A stretch of DNA of 64,000 nt. It comes from Candidatus Latescibacterota bacterium. Its GTDB lineage: Bacteria > Latescibacterota > UBA2968 > UBA8231. The stretch lies in the NCBI GenBank assembly GCA_965197905.1, contig CBDAOB010000004.1, positions 768,001 through 832,000 of the forward strand, given 5' to 3'. The position numbers were made by a program, and so were the translations under genes. Under the pieces are notes generated by a model, which made no database searches, had not been told where the DNA came from, and saw only the letters and a program-made list of their open reading frames with translations. Numbering within the stretch: position 1 is the stretch's first letter; every line of letters begins with the position of its first letter. Shown piece by piece: positions 19,331 through 31,099 of the stretch.

Positions 19331-19534
19331 ACAGAGGGCTTGAGCGATCGACTTCAGAAAAGCGCTCCACGGCTAATGCGATTCGCCCAAAGCTGAGGCA
19401 CTCTCGCAGGCTGCGGTAAATTCTGACCCGGGGCTGACCGTTTCGTTAGATTATGACGCACGCAGAATCCGTTTAGGCATATTATTGCAAAAACCGGCAA
19501 GAGCTATCCGGAGGCATCACGCGCTGCGACTTCC

Positions 19535-22500
19535 ATGCTAAGATCCTGTGACACAGCGCTCCGTTTCAACCGGCAGTTGTTTCTTTGGGCAGCCAGTACT
19601 TGGCTGTTGTGCCAGCCGGTTGCCGCTCTTGGTGATGAGCCCACCATCGGCCGGCTCTGTTTCTGGGTGCCGCCGGAGCGCATGGTCGAGTTCGCGTCCG
19701 TCTACCAGGAGCAGGCCGTGCCCATCCTCGACAAGCATGGTTTCGTCACCTCGGCGCGGCTGGGACGCGCCACCGTCGACAACGTTTACAGCCGTCTCTT
19801 CGAGTTCGAAGATCCGGCCGCATTGATCTCAAAGCATAGGGAGCTGTGGACAGATCAGGCCTGGCGAGATCTCCTGCTCCAACTTGGAGACGTTTTCGGT
19901 CCAGCGGACATAGGCAGCTCCAGATGGGTGCCCAAAGGCGACGGCTCCATTCGCAGCACGTTTCATCTTTACAGCTCTCCAGCCGGCACCGGTGAGATCG
20001 TCGCCGCCGCTCCATTGAGGTCCAACGAAGACAGTTCCCTTTGGCCGTCGCAGTGGGGTGGTCCTTGGCTGACCTTCGTAGCCGAGGGCAGTCACGCCTT
20101 CGCACAAATAGAGGCCGGCCTGGAGGACCAACACGGCGACCTCTGGTTTGGCACTCCCGGTGGGGCGATCCGCTTCGATGGAGCACAGTTTGTCAGATTC
20201 ACTGCCAGCGATGGTCTGGTGCACGACATGGTAAACTGTATGTCCAAGGACAGGCAGGGCAATTTGTGGTTCGGGACTTTTGACGGCGTGAGCCGTTTTG
20301 ATGGCAGCCGCTACACCTCCTTCACGGTCGAGGACGGCCTTGCCCGCAGTGACGTACGGTCGATTCTCGAAGATTCTGACGGTCGTCTCTGGTTCGCCAC
20401 GGGGGGTGGGGCCAGTCGATTCGATGGCGAACGGTTCTTCAACCTCACGGCCGAGGACGGCCTGGGATCCAACGACGTGATAGCTATTGCGGAGGATCGC
20501 GCTGGAAATCTCTGGTTTGGCACCGGTGGGCCCGGCCCGCCCGGCGAAACTCCCGGGTTGGTGAGCCGCTATGATGGGACGCGGGTCATCACGTTCAGCA
20601 AAGAGGACGGGCTTGCAGACGGCGCGGTGATCTCCATCGCCGAGGACCGGGAGGGAAACCTGTGGTTCGGCACTGGAAGTCGGGCCGGGTCAGTAGAAGC
20701 GGCCGGTGTGAGTCGGTACGACGGCGCCGAGTTCACAACCTTCACTGTGCGAAACGGGCTCCCGAGCAATCATGTGAACACCATGCTCCTGGGCCAGGAG
20801 GGTTCTCTGTGGTTGGGAACGCGAGGAGGTCTGTGTCGATACGACGGACGCGGCTTCTCGACCTTCCCCGCGCGGGATGGTCGGTCTTCTAACGTGACGT
20901 CCATCGTAGAGGATCGAGCCGGCCAATTGTGGATCGGCACGTACGGCGGGGTTGTCCGGTACAGCGGCCGGTATCTCACCAACTTCACGGAGAAGGACGG
21001 ACTGGGTGATGATGGGGTTTATCGTTTGTTGGAGGATCGATACGGCCACCTGTGGATCTGCTACTGGGCTGGCGGGCTGGGAGTGACCCGCTTCGATGGC
21101 CAGACGTTCACCACCTTCGCCTCAGAGGACGGGTTTCCACGTAAGGCCGTGCGTTCCATGCTCGAGGACCGGCAGGGCAACTTGTGGTTCGGCACCCGCG
21201 GTGACGGCGTGGTGCGCTACGACGGCCGCGAATTCGTCACCTTCACCACCGTGGATGGGCTACCGCACAACGACGTGCGCTCGATCTTCCAGGACAAGAA
21301 CGATGTGATCTGGTTCGGTACCTGGAATGGAGTGAGCCGTTTCGACGGCAACAGCTTCACCGCCGTCGAGCCTTTGTCCGGCCATATCGTATGGTGCATG
21401 CTGGAGGATCGGAGAGGGGATCTGTGGCTGGGAACTGTGCTGCCCCACGACGTGGGTCTGTTTCGTTACGATGGGCGCGAATTCGTTGCCTACAGCACTG
21501 CCGATGGGCTCGCCTCGAATGATGTGCGTTGTCTTCTGGTGGACCGGAGCGGTCACTTGTGGGTAGGGGGTGGCGGCGGAAATATTGGGCCAGGAGACTT
21601 GGCCTTGGCTCGGTACGAGGAAGACAGATTCCGAGCGTTGACCAAAGCCGACGAGCTTCCCGATATGGACGTTCAAACATTGTCAGAGGATAGGGCTGGG
21701 AACTTGTGGGTGGCAACCAGGTATCTCACAGGTGCCTACGACGGCGCGGTGTTCCAGGCTACTGTGGGTTCGAGCGACATCCTCCAGAGCCGCCAGGGAG
21801 ATATCTGGCTCGGTACGGGTAGAGGCCTTTACCGTTATCGACCGCAGCGCGATTTCCCACCCACTGTCCAACTCACCCAAATAACCGCCGATCGTCAATA
21901 CGAACCTCGATCCGAGCTCAGCATGCCGTCGACGCAGGCGTTCCTCACCATCGAATTTCAGGGCCGCAGCAAACTGACTCGACCGGACGGTTTTGTATAC
22001 CGCTACCGCCTTCTGGGTCATGACGACGACTGGCGCACTACCCGTGCGCGTCGGGTCCAATACGACGATTTGCCGCGAGGCGAGTACGTGTTCGAGGTTA
22101 AAGCCGTGGACCACGACCTCAACTACTCGGAGCCGACACGAATGGACTTGAAGATCCATGCCCCCTACGGCCGAGTCGCCTGGATCTCGGCCCTGAGCCT
22201 GGCCGTACTCCTGGCCATTTGGCAAACGGGCCGCCTGTTTCAACGCGATCGGCGCCTGCGTGAAACCAACAGGTCCTTGGCAGAAGCGAACCAGGCCAAG
22301 TCCCTATTCCTGGCCAATATGAGCCACGAGATCCGCACCCCCATGAATGCGATCCTGGGCCACGCGCAACTGCTTAGACGGAGCAGGGAGTTGTCGCCCG
22401 ACCATCGCCGAGCTGTAGAAACCGTCCAACAGAGTGGGGACCATCTGCTCAGGCTGATCAATGAGGTGCTAGACATCTCGAAATTGAGACGGGTCGGCTG

Positions 22501-23661
22501 GAGCTGAGCGTGACGGATTTCGATTTGCGGTCGATGCTGATAACCCTCGGAGCCATGTTTGAGCTGCAATGCGCTGAAAAGGGACTGCAGTGGAGACTGG
22601 AGGGTGTGGCGAATGAACAAATGCCCGTCCACGGCGACGAAGACAAGCTGCGCCAGGTACTGATGAATCTGCTGGGCAATGCCCTCAAGTTCACCGAAGA
22701 GGGTGAGGTTGCGTTGCGACTCATCCCACTGCATGAGGACCGCTATCAGTTCGAGGTGATCGATACGGGTCCCGGGCTCACCGCGGAAGATCAGGCCGCG
22801 ATCCTTGAGCCGTTTCAGCAGGGGGCCGCCGGTCTCCGTGCGGGTGGCACGGGATTGGGGTTGACCATTGCAGAGCGCCAACTCGAGTTGATGGGCAGCC
22901 AGCTTACTGTCGACTCCACCGTCGGGGAAGGCTCCTGTTTTTCCTTTACTGTCACGTTGCCCCGAGCGAATGCGGAAGTGCCAGTGGAAGCATCCGGCGA
23001 CTGGGCGCGCGTCCAACACCTGGCCCCTGGTTATCACGTCAAGGCGTTGGTCGCTGACGACGTCGCCGACAACCGCGACATTCTGTCCGGTATGTTGGCC
23101 GAACTTGGCGCCGATGTTGAGGTAGTGGAGAACGGCCAGCTGGCGTTGGAGTCCCTGGCCGCCGGTCGCCTCCCCGATATTGTTTTCCTCGACATTCGTA
23201 TGCCGGTGATGAGCGGTCTGGAAACAATCCGTCTTCTGCGCCAAAACCTCGATTGGAAATCCTTGAAGGTAGTGGCGATCTCAGCGTCGGTTCTGGAACA
23301 CGAGCGCCAGGAGTTCCTCGCCGCCGGCTTTGACGACTTCATCGACAAACCGTTCCGCTTCGAGCGCATCTGCGCCTGTCTCGCGCGGCACCTGCGTGTC
23401 GAGTTCGTCTTTGCGGATGTGCCGGACGTGGATCCTGCGATTCCCCAAGACTGGCAAGCGGTGACGTTGCCGGCGGACTTACACGCCAACCTGGTTGAAG
23501 CTGTCGAGGTTCGAGCCGTGACGGCAATGGAAGGACATCTCAAAACCCTGGAACAGCTAGGCGACGACCAACGCAGGTTGGCTGTCTGTCTGCGGCAGCT
23601 GCAGCAGCAGTTCAACATGGACGACATGCTTAATACACTGAGGATGATTTCGCATGAGTGA
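19535..23661 (+). CDS. Hybrid sensor histidine kinase (signal peptide, NIPSNAP-like domain, Reg_prop beta-propellers, Y_Y_Y, TM, HisKA, HATPase, REC); frameshift near 22481
   Basis: Many ED-x-G-x-LWFGT repeats, FLANMSHEIRTPMN, NLLGNALKFT, GTGLGL, DIRMPVMSG; adding one A at 22481-22483 restores DISKIETGRLEL and joins ORFs 19535..22507 and 22510..23661. Confidence 0.88.
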
Positions 23662-25147
23662 GCACACAGGCACCAGAATCCTCCTGGTCGACGACCAGCC
23701 TGCCAACCTGGAGGTCTTGCGCCAGTTCTTAGAGTCCAGAGGTCACGAGATTTTTCTCGCGTTCAATGGCAAAGAAGCGCTTCGAACCGCGGCGCGGGTT
23801 GTCCCCGAGCTGATACTGTTAGATGTGAACATGCCCGTAATGGACGGCTTCGAAGTCTGTCGCCGACTCAAGCAGGATGAATGCTCCAAGGCCATTCCGG
23901 TGATCTTCGTCACCGGTCGCGATCAGGAAGAAGATGTGGTTGCCGGGTTGGTCGCAGGTGGCGTCGATTACGTAACCAAACCGGTCAGGGAAGCGGAGGT
24001 CGTGGCTCGGGTGGACACCCATCTGGGGATCGGTCGTCTCAATTTGGAGTTGAGCGCAAGAAACGAGGAATTGGCTGCGAAGAATCAGGCTTTGGAAGAA
24101 GAGATTGCCCAGCGCAATCAGCTCAAAGGTCAGCTCTCCGTTCTCTCCGAGCGCGAAGCAGAGCGCTGGGGACTCGACGGTTTTGTCGGTAACAGTCCGA
24201 CCATTCAAAAGATATTTGCGGACATCCGCTTGCTGCAGGAGAGCACGACAACCTCGGTGCTCATCAACGGCGAGAGTGGTACCGGCAAGGAGCTGATCGC
24301 CCGCGCCATCCACTTTGGTAGTTCTCGTCGTGACGGCCCTTTTGTGCCGGTCAACTGCGCCGCCATGCCCGCCGAGTTGGCTGAATCGATGTTGTTCGGT
24401 CACGTCAAGGGCGCCTTCACCGGAGCTGCTACCGATCGCGTTGGATATTTTGAGATGGCCCACGAAGGCACCGTGTTCCTCGACGAGATCGGCGATATGT
24501 CCCAGGCCTTGCAGGCCAAGCTGCTTCGCGTCCTGGAAGACGGCGAGATCTGGCGCGTGGGAGCCAGCGAAGGTCGGCGGATGGACTTCCGCCTGGTGAC
24601 TGCCACCAATATGGATCTGCAGCGTTGTATTCAAGAGGGAAGCTTTCGGCCGGATCTCTATTTCCGGGTAGCCCGCTTTGAGGTCACGGCACCTCCTCTG
24701 CGCGACCGTCGCGAAGACATCCCGCTACTCTTCCGCCATTTCCTGAAGCTCTATGCCACTGAGATGGGGCGCGAACCTCCAAATCTGGACACCGGGGTGC
24801 TCGAGAGCCTGCAACAGTACGGTTTTCCAGGAAATGTTCGGGAGCTCAAGAACATCGCCGAGCGCGCGTTGATCGAGAGCGGCGGCACCGAGATCCAACC
24901 CCATCATCTGCACTTTCTTACGGAGCCCTCACCGATGGTGACCGAAACGGTTGAATCAAAGGATGAGCTTCCTCCTCTACATCTGCCGCTGGATCTAGAC
25001 GAAGCGGCGGGACAGGCGGAACGGTGGGTCGTGCAAAGCGCCATGGCCCGCGCCAACGGGAACGTCTCAGAGGCTGCGCGCCTACTGGGCACGAACCGCA
25101 CCCGTGTGTACCGCGTTTTGAATCAGTTGAAAGAGGAAAGTCAGTAG
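23654..25147 (+). CDS. Sigma54-dependent response regulator (REC-AAA+-HTH, NtrC family)
   Basis: LVDD, DVNMP, GESGTGKE, intact GAFTGA, FLDEIGDM, FPGNVREL, C-terminal HTH; overlaps kinase stop. Confidence 0.93.
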   Translation: MSEHTGTRILLVDDQPANLEVLRQFLESRGHEIFLAFNGKEALRTAARVVPELILLDVNMPVMDGFEVCRRLKQDECSKAIPVIFVTGRDQEEDVVAGLVAGGVDYVTKPVREAEVVARVDTHLGIGRLNLELSARNEELAAKNQALEEEIAQRNQLKGQLSVLSEREAERWGLDGFVGNSPTIQKIFADIRLLQESTTTSVLINGESGTGKELIARAIHFGSSRRDGPFVPVNCAAMPAELAESMLFGHVKGAFTGAATDRVGYFEMAHEGTVFLDEIGDMSQALQAKLLRVLEDGEIWRVGASEGRRMDFRLVTATNMDLQRCIQEGSFRPDLYFRVARFEVTAPPLRDRREDIPLLFRHFLKLYATEMGREPPNLDTGVLESLQQYGFPGNVRELKNIAERALIESGGTEIQPHHLHFLTEPSPMVTETVESKDELPPLHLPLDLDEAAGQAERWVVQSAMARANGNVSEAARLLGTNRTRVYRVLNQLKEESQ

Positions 25148-25202
25148 CGGTACAGGGACATACATAGCCGATGTCATTCCCTTTGTTTAGGTACCGTTCT
25201 CG

Positions 25203-28112
25203 GTGACAGTTCCCTCGATCGGATTGGTGTTGGTGGCCTCCAGTCTCTACGCGGCGATAGCGGTGCTGGCCGCCGTCTCCGTTGCGGCGGACACCGGAGA
25301 ACGTGTGGCCATTCCGGAGATCGAGAGCTCCAGGCTCCTGTTGCGCTACGATCGTCTGACTTACCGGAATTTCACTTTCGGCAACTTCGCAAACCCCGTC
25401 GATCATAGCTACCCGTACCGCGACCGTCCTAAGACCTTTTACAACTCCCTGGGAGATTATCTCCTGACCGGATATCCGTTGTTCGAGTGGACCGAACGAC
25501 GGTCTCCCGGACAGACCTTTGGCAGCGCCATCCACATGGACGATAGGACCTTCGAAAATGTGATAGACAACGTGGTGATCGCCCGGGACGGCTACGGCGG
25601 CTGGGGATACAGCGCCATGGTGGGCGAGGCTATGATCGCACGGCTATCTCCATTGACTCTGTCCCGCACCGACTTCAATGGCGCTCGCATCGACATCGCG
25701 ACGCCGTACCTGAAGTACACCTTTCTCGGTTCCCGCATAGGACAGTTGACCTCGTTCGTCGACGGGTCGGTATTGCTGTTGGGAAACCGGCTCGAAGTGG
25801 AGTTCGGAGGACTGCGGCTCGGACTCAATGGCGCCAACTTACATATCTATCAGAGCACCCGGGCCGGTGGCAGCACCCTCAAGGGCGTAATCCACCCGCA
25901 ACAGCCGCGTTTGGATTGGGTGCTCGTGCGTTTTTCCGACGACTCTCCCGCCGACGGTCGGGGTGGACCGGTGGTCCATAGCGTAGAGCTCGTCGTCGAC
26001 GGTACGCCCCGGCCCGACATCAAACCCACCGCAATATTGCGCCGCGACCGGATTGATACGCAACTCGGAACAATCTCACTGCTCACCGGCAAGTTTCGTT
26101 CCATCGTCTATGACAACCCTACGGCTCCGGACCAGGCAAGCCTCTTCGCCAGCCACGCTGGCCCTATCTTTTATCGCGATCGCAACGAGCTACCCCTCTA
26201 TGCCGACTACATGTATCGCCTGGATCACGAAAACGGCTTCGATGTGGAAGACATCACCAACTTGAAAGGCTTGCTGGAAAACTTCGAGGTCGTGTCGCCG
26301 GATGAGACACAGGAAGTGAGCGGCGATTTGCAATTGGTGTATCTGTTCGATCTGTCAGCGGCGAAAACGGTGCGCAGCGTGGAGGTCGAGGTGATGGTGG
26401 CCAACGATTACCGGATCGACGTAGCGACCCTTTTCGAGCCGCATCCGGAGGCGCCCAACTACGCACGCCGGTTCAAGAGTACTTTTTACCGTCCCGTGAA
26501 ACGCGCGAAGGGGAATGTCCAAGACCTGTCCAATTTGGGTTTGGTGCGCTTCGGAGTGGGCGAGCAGACTGGACTGTTCACCTACAGCAGTGATTTCAGC
26601 CTGCAGTTCGCCGGCGCCGAATTCACCGGTGAATTCGCTCGCTCTCACCGGTTCTCCCGGTTCCCCGCACGCCAGGAGGGCGAAGCGATCTACGGCACTG
26701 CGTCCGCCTTTTCTGAGCGCGGGTCTGCCTTTTTCGTCAACGGCACTCGGTGGTTTGGCCGCTGGCTGCTGGGGGGTGAGCTGTTCGCCATCAACCCGGA
26801 TTATCAGACAACCTTGCGGACCTATCAGGATGAGGTCGCGGGCTTGGGACCTCTGGGTGCCATGGCCAACGAGACGATGTACTGGGACCTGGTGCAGGAT
26901 AATGAGGATGGGGACGCCTACCCCGATCGGCGTTCCGGGACTTTGCGGGCTTTTCCCCGCGATCGGAAAGGGGACGATCGGAACGACGTGTTGATCGGCG
27001 TCGACGAGGATCAGGACGGCTTGCCGGATACGAACCGCAACTTCAACGGGCTACCCGATTATCTAGAGCCCTTCCTATTGTATCACGTCGAAGCGAACGG
27101 TTACCGGTACGGGCTGGACCGCAACAACAACGACGAGCCAGACGCGATCGAGGACGATCTGGATTGGGACTATCCGTATGATTTCGATCAGCGGGGTTAC
27201 CACCTGTTTGGCCGCGCGACGTTTGCCGATCACTGGTCTCTCACATTGGGTCGTTATGCGGCCGGCCAGGTGGCGGGCGCAGGCAGAAATATCTCCACCT
27301 ACGGAATCCTGAGGTTCCAGTGGCAAAGCCAGTCTCGCTTGAAATACCTCTTGCTCGAAAACCATCTTCGCAGGGTGAAGGACGACATTCCCGACGAACA
27401 CACGGTTCATGACGAACGGTCCGTGTATCCTAATTTGACACGGACGTTTGCCGAAGCGACCGGAGTGCCACCCCAATTCCCGGAGCGAGACGTACGCTCT
27501 GATCCACTGCTCTACCGGGATAGCTACGTAAACGAATCCTATGCGGATGCCCGCCTCAATCCATGGTCCTCCTTGCACTTGGTCCAGCGCCTGCGGGTGC
27601 GGATCAACTGGCAACAGCGAGGACAGTTGCGCCCCGGCATCGCACAGAGGCAGCGGCGCCTAGACTTCTGGTCAAACGTTACCAAGGCCGAATTTGAGTG
27701 GCAACTGCACCGGTTTACCCTGACGCCGCGGTTCAAGTTTCTCTGGCTTCGTCTCTTCGATCACCAGTCCGGCCGAGCTCTGCGTTCGGAGCGCAGTGTG
27801 ATTCCGGTCATAGAGGGGAAGCACCCCCTGCTATCCCGCACCTACCTGCGGTTCGGGGTAGAGGGCTGGGGACCGTTCCCTTACCATTTCAAAGAACAGG
27901 GCCGCAACAGCGACAGCTTCGAGCGCCGAACGGCCTTCGTCAGTATAACCAACCGCACCGACTACCTCGGCTACGATCTGTACACGATCATCGGCTTCAA
28001 CAAAGACAAGCTCACATTCGACGACCCGCTCCAACGCGATCGCTCGTTCGATACCTGGCGACTATTCGTTCGCGCACTCATTGGCTTCACTGAATATGGC
28101 AATCTCATCTGA
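25203..28112 (+). CDS. Large exported protein, probable outer-membrane beta-barrel with Asp-rich Ca2+-binding-type repeats
   Basis: Signal peptide, amphipathic strand pattern, DNEDGDAYPD/DEDQDGLPD/DRNNNDEPD motifs; paralogous C-terminus at 55108..55428. Confidence 0.6.
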   Translation: MTVPSIGLVLVASSLYAAIAVLAAVSVAADTGERVAIPEIESSRLLLRYDRLTYRNFTFGNFANPVDHSYPYRDRPKTFYNSLGDYLLTGYPLFEWTERRSPGQTFGSAIHMDDRTFENVIDNVVIARDGYGGWGYSAMVGEAMIARLSPLTLSRTDFNGARIDIATPYLKYTFLGSRIGQLTSFVDGSVLLLGNRLEVEFGGLRLGLNGANLHIYQSTRAGGSTLKGVIHPQQPRLDWVLVRFSDDSPADGRGGPVVHSVELVVDGTPRPDIKPTAILRRDRIDTQLGTISLLTGKFRSIVYDNPTAPDQASLFASHAGPIFYRDRNELPLYADYMYRLDHENGFDVEDITNLKGLLENFEVVSPDETQEVSGDLQLVYLFDLSAAKTVRSVEVEVMVANDYRIDVATLFEPHPEAPNYARRFKSTFYRPVKRAKGNVQDLSNLGLVRFGVGEQTGLFTYSSDFSLQFAGAEFTGEFARSHRFSRFPARQEGEAIYGTASAFSERGSAFFVNGTRWFGRWLLGGELFAINPDYQTTLRTYQDEVAGLGPLGAMANETMYWDLVQDNEDGDAYPDRRSGTLRAFPRDRKGDDRNDVLIGVDEDQDGLPDTNRNFNGLPDYLEPFLLYHVEANGYRYGLDRNNNDEPDAIEDDLDWDYPYDFDQRGYHLFGRATFADHWSLTLGRYAAGQVAGAGRNISTYGILRFQWQSQSRLKYLLLENHLRRVKDDIPDEHTVHDERSVYPNLTRTFAEATGVPPQFPERDVRSDPLLYRDSYVNESYADARLNPWSSLHLVQRLRVRINWQQRGQLRPGIAQRQRRLDFWSNVTKAEFEWQLHRFTLTPRFKFLWLRLFDHQSGRALRSERSVIPVIEGKHPLLSRTYLRFGVEGWGPFPYHFKEQGRNSDSFERRTAFVSITNRTDYLGYDLYTIIGFNKDKLTFDDPLQRDRSFDTWRLFVRALIGFTEYGNLI

Positions 28113-28373
28113 ACCGCTCCGGAACGAATTCGACCCGCCGTCTCGCGATCACGCCCGCGTTGAGTGCGGTCCCTGGGGTTAGGGTGGCGTAGAACGCCTG
28201 CCAGGGAAGACTGACACGGTTGTAATGTTTCGCTAGCAATCGCCGCCGCTTTATTCCGCGGCACCCGCTTCGCGGATCCGTCCTCCAAAAAAAAATCGTC
28301 GCTCCAGCCAGACTCCGCATCACCGGATTCCGTCCGGAATTCTCATCGACTGTGTCATCAACCTCTAGCAAGC

Positions 28374-28414
28374 TGTAACCGCGGGCGTACGACCTTGTAA
28401 CAGTTTCCAAACAG
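28374..28414 (+). promoter_or_regulatory. Candidate UAS (TGT-N12-ACA) sharing the TGTAAC motif
   Basis: CTGTAAC at 28374; TGTAACAGTTTCCAAACA at 28396-28413. Confidence 0.45.
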
Positions 28415-28479
28415 CTCGGCACCTGATCCCGACCCTCCGGGTGGTTCGCCCGCGGGGTTCTTTTTTGCCCGTCAGAACC

Positions 28480-28496
28480 CCGGTACACCCTTTGCG
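28480..28496 (+). promoter_or_regulatory. Putative sigma54 (-24/-12) promoter upstream of M6 protease
   Basis: CCGGTACACCCTTTGCG = GG-N10-GC. Confidence 0.5.
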
Positions 28497-28590
28497 ATAG
28501 AAGGAACAAGCGCGATGTAGATCGCATCCAACATCGATTTCGCGGCGCCGCGAAAAAGTCACCGACCAACGCACGGAAGGGAGTCTACCC

Positions 28591-30830
28591 ATGCGTCCTC
28601 ATGGCTTTTTCGCAAGCATTCTTTGCCTTTTTTGTAGCGTTCACAGTTCGGCCGATCCGGCCGACCAACCCACCTTCATCTGCGCCGCACATGAGGGTTC
28701 ATCGACGGTCCGAGCGGCCGCAAAATCGCTCGCCAGTCACGTTGCCCAGACCGGGCCGGTGCGCGGCCAGAGAGAGATTCTCGTCATCTTTGCCAAGTTC
28801 AAGGACGAAGCCCCGGGCAACGATCAGGTCCCGCATTACGCCGGCGCGCTCCTCGATCCAGAGATCGAAGGCAGCTTTGCCCATTTCTACCACACCATGT
28901 CCTTCGGCCAGCTGCAGGTTCAGGGCACGGTGCTGCCAAAGCGGTATTCGTCGGCCCAGCCGGCCGCGGCTTATCTGGCTACCAGTGCAGGAGAATACGG
29001 CAATTACGGTCAGTTCGTGCGGGAAATCCTGCAGCAGGTGGATGCCGATGTCGACCTCGGCCGGTACGACAACGATGGTCCCGATGGCGTCCCGAATTCA
29101 GGCGACGACGACGGTCGGGTCGATTATCTGTGCATCAGCGTGCTGTCCACGCCGCGCAACTTCATCCTCGGAGGAGCCACGGGCATTGCCGGCCTCAGGC
29201 TTCGCGGTGGTTACCAGTCGATGGATGCGGGGAGGAGGGGAAGGGTGGTATGGGTGGGCGGCGAATTCACCGATGGAGCCATTTTCAAGGAAGGCAGCTT
29301 CGCGCAGACCGTGGGTTCGATGGCGCACGAGTTCGGCCACGCCCTGGACTTGCCCGATCTCTACGATACGAAGTTCGACAACCCGGATGAAGAAAGCGCC
29401 GGAATCGGTTGCTGGGGGTTGATGGGATGGGGTGCCCACGGCTGGAACGGAGATGACGGCCCCAATGGCTTCTCCGCCTGGAGCCTGGAACAGCTGGGAT
29501 GGATCGGACCCGACAACGAGCGCTTGGTGGAAGTGCGCGAGGATGCACGGGATATAGTCGTCACCGATCTGTATCAGCAAGGGGTGGTCTATAAGGTCCC
29601 GCTACGCACAGAATACATCTACCACGAAAGGCTCGAGCGGGTCGATGTCCTCGAATACCTCTTGTTGGAGCAGCGCGTCCGCAGTAGCCACCACTACAAC
29701 CGCCATCTGCCGGCGGAAGGTTTGCTGGTCTGGCATGTGCGGCCCAGCACGACGGCGAACCTGGTTGAAGAAGATAAGCTGGTGGATCTGGTCTGTGCGG
29801 ATGGCCTGTACCGCGATGCGGGTTATTCGATGGGCCAGGTGGCGGACCCGCTCCAGGGCCGCGACAATCTCGATTTTTGGTCCCGTGATTCCGAGTACAG
29901 CCTTAGGCACGGCGGCAATCTCGGCGACGCTAGCGATCTCTTCGACGGCGTTCACTTCACCTATTTGAATCGCCGTTCGAACCCGGCTACCTCCCCATGG
30001 AGGGAGTTTGGCGAAGCGAATACGGGGGTTGCGTTCGAGAACATGCGCCGCATGGGAGCAGCATGATCGTAGATATCCTGCAACCCCGCTGGGCTGGTAC
30101 CATTATCGGCAATGTTCGTTGGAACGGAGATATCATACTCGATGGAGATTTGACCATCGCGCCTGAGGGAAGGCTGATCCTGGGATTTAACACTCGGGTG
30201 CGCGTCGCTAGCGGAGACAGGCTGCGGAGTGGGGAGGATCCCACGCGCTGCGAGGTCTACGTCCAGGGAGAGATCGAAATCGAACGAGACAGCCGATCGC
30301 ACCGTTACAACAAGGAGACCCGCCGCTGGGAAAAGCTGTTACATAAACCGGTTGTGTTCGAACCCCTGGTACCTGGCGAGACCTGGTACGGGATAATTGT
30401 TATTTTCGATGCCGGCGGATCCCGAATTATGCGAAGGCTGACACAACACCTGGAACTCCGAGATTCTCTGTACGGTCTTCTCTCGCTCGCCGAGTTGTCA
30501 GAGTTGCGGAGTCGTGCGACCGCGATTCTTTCGGATCCAACGAGTCTGCCAGAGACGGTCAAACTCTTGCCCAACTACCCCAATCCGTTCAATACCTCAA
30601 CCACGATCCGCTACGAGCTTGCTTCCACCGTGCCGGTTCGTCTGCAGGTGTACGATGCGCTGGGACAGATCGTGCGGTCGCTAGAGGATGGCCACCAGCC
30701 GGCGGGTGTGCAGACGATCGTTTGGGATGGTCGCGATGAGCACGGTCTGGAAGCAGCGGGCGGGATATATTTCATTCAGCTGCGGGCCGGCCAACAGGTG
30801 CAAACGAGCAAGTTGTCGTTGCTCCGTTGA
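28591..30830 (+). CDS. Secreted M6 family (immune inhibitor A-like) metalloprotease with C-terminal FlgD-Ig/secretion-sorting domain; frameshift near 30055
   Basis: Signal peptide, DNDGPDG, AHEFGHALDLPDLYD, WGLMG Met-turn, C-terminal PNYPNPFN-STTI...WDGRD...GIYF; one extra G at 30054-30056 joins ORFs 28591..30066 and 29997..30830. Confidence 0.85.
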
Positions 30831-31099
30831 TTTGCAGTACGGCTCGTTCGTGCACGGCGTTGTGTGCTGCCACACGAGGTCTGAAGTCGCACGCCGGGAT
30901 ATACCAACAGGAGCGCCTATATGTCACACCGGCCTCGAAGACCTGGCGGCGGCACAGTCAGCGAACGTGCAGCTGCGGTTTCGGTCCGGGTCCGCCGGTT
31001 TCAGGACACCTTTCGGCGACTGCGCGTTGGCGCGAGATTATTCCGCACGTCATTTTAAGTTTTCCCTGCACTATATCGAACTCCAATCGGGAGACCGCT

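Noticed and set aside
19474..19489. Second sigma54-like site TAGGCATATTATTGCA
   Set aside because: GG-to-GC spacing is 9 nt, not the required 10
20100..21850. Repeat array or CRISPR-like periodicity
   Set aside because: Repeats are degenerate coding propeller blades; no identical repeats with unique spacers or cas genes seen in the window
22470..22510. Programmed frameshifting in the kinase
   Set aside because: No slippery heptamer or stimulatory structure; same pattern as other 1-nt deletions
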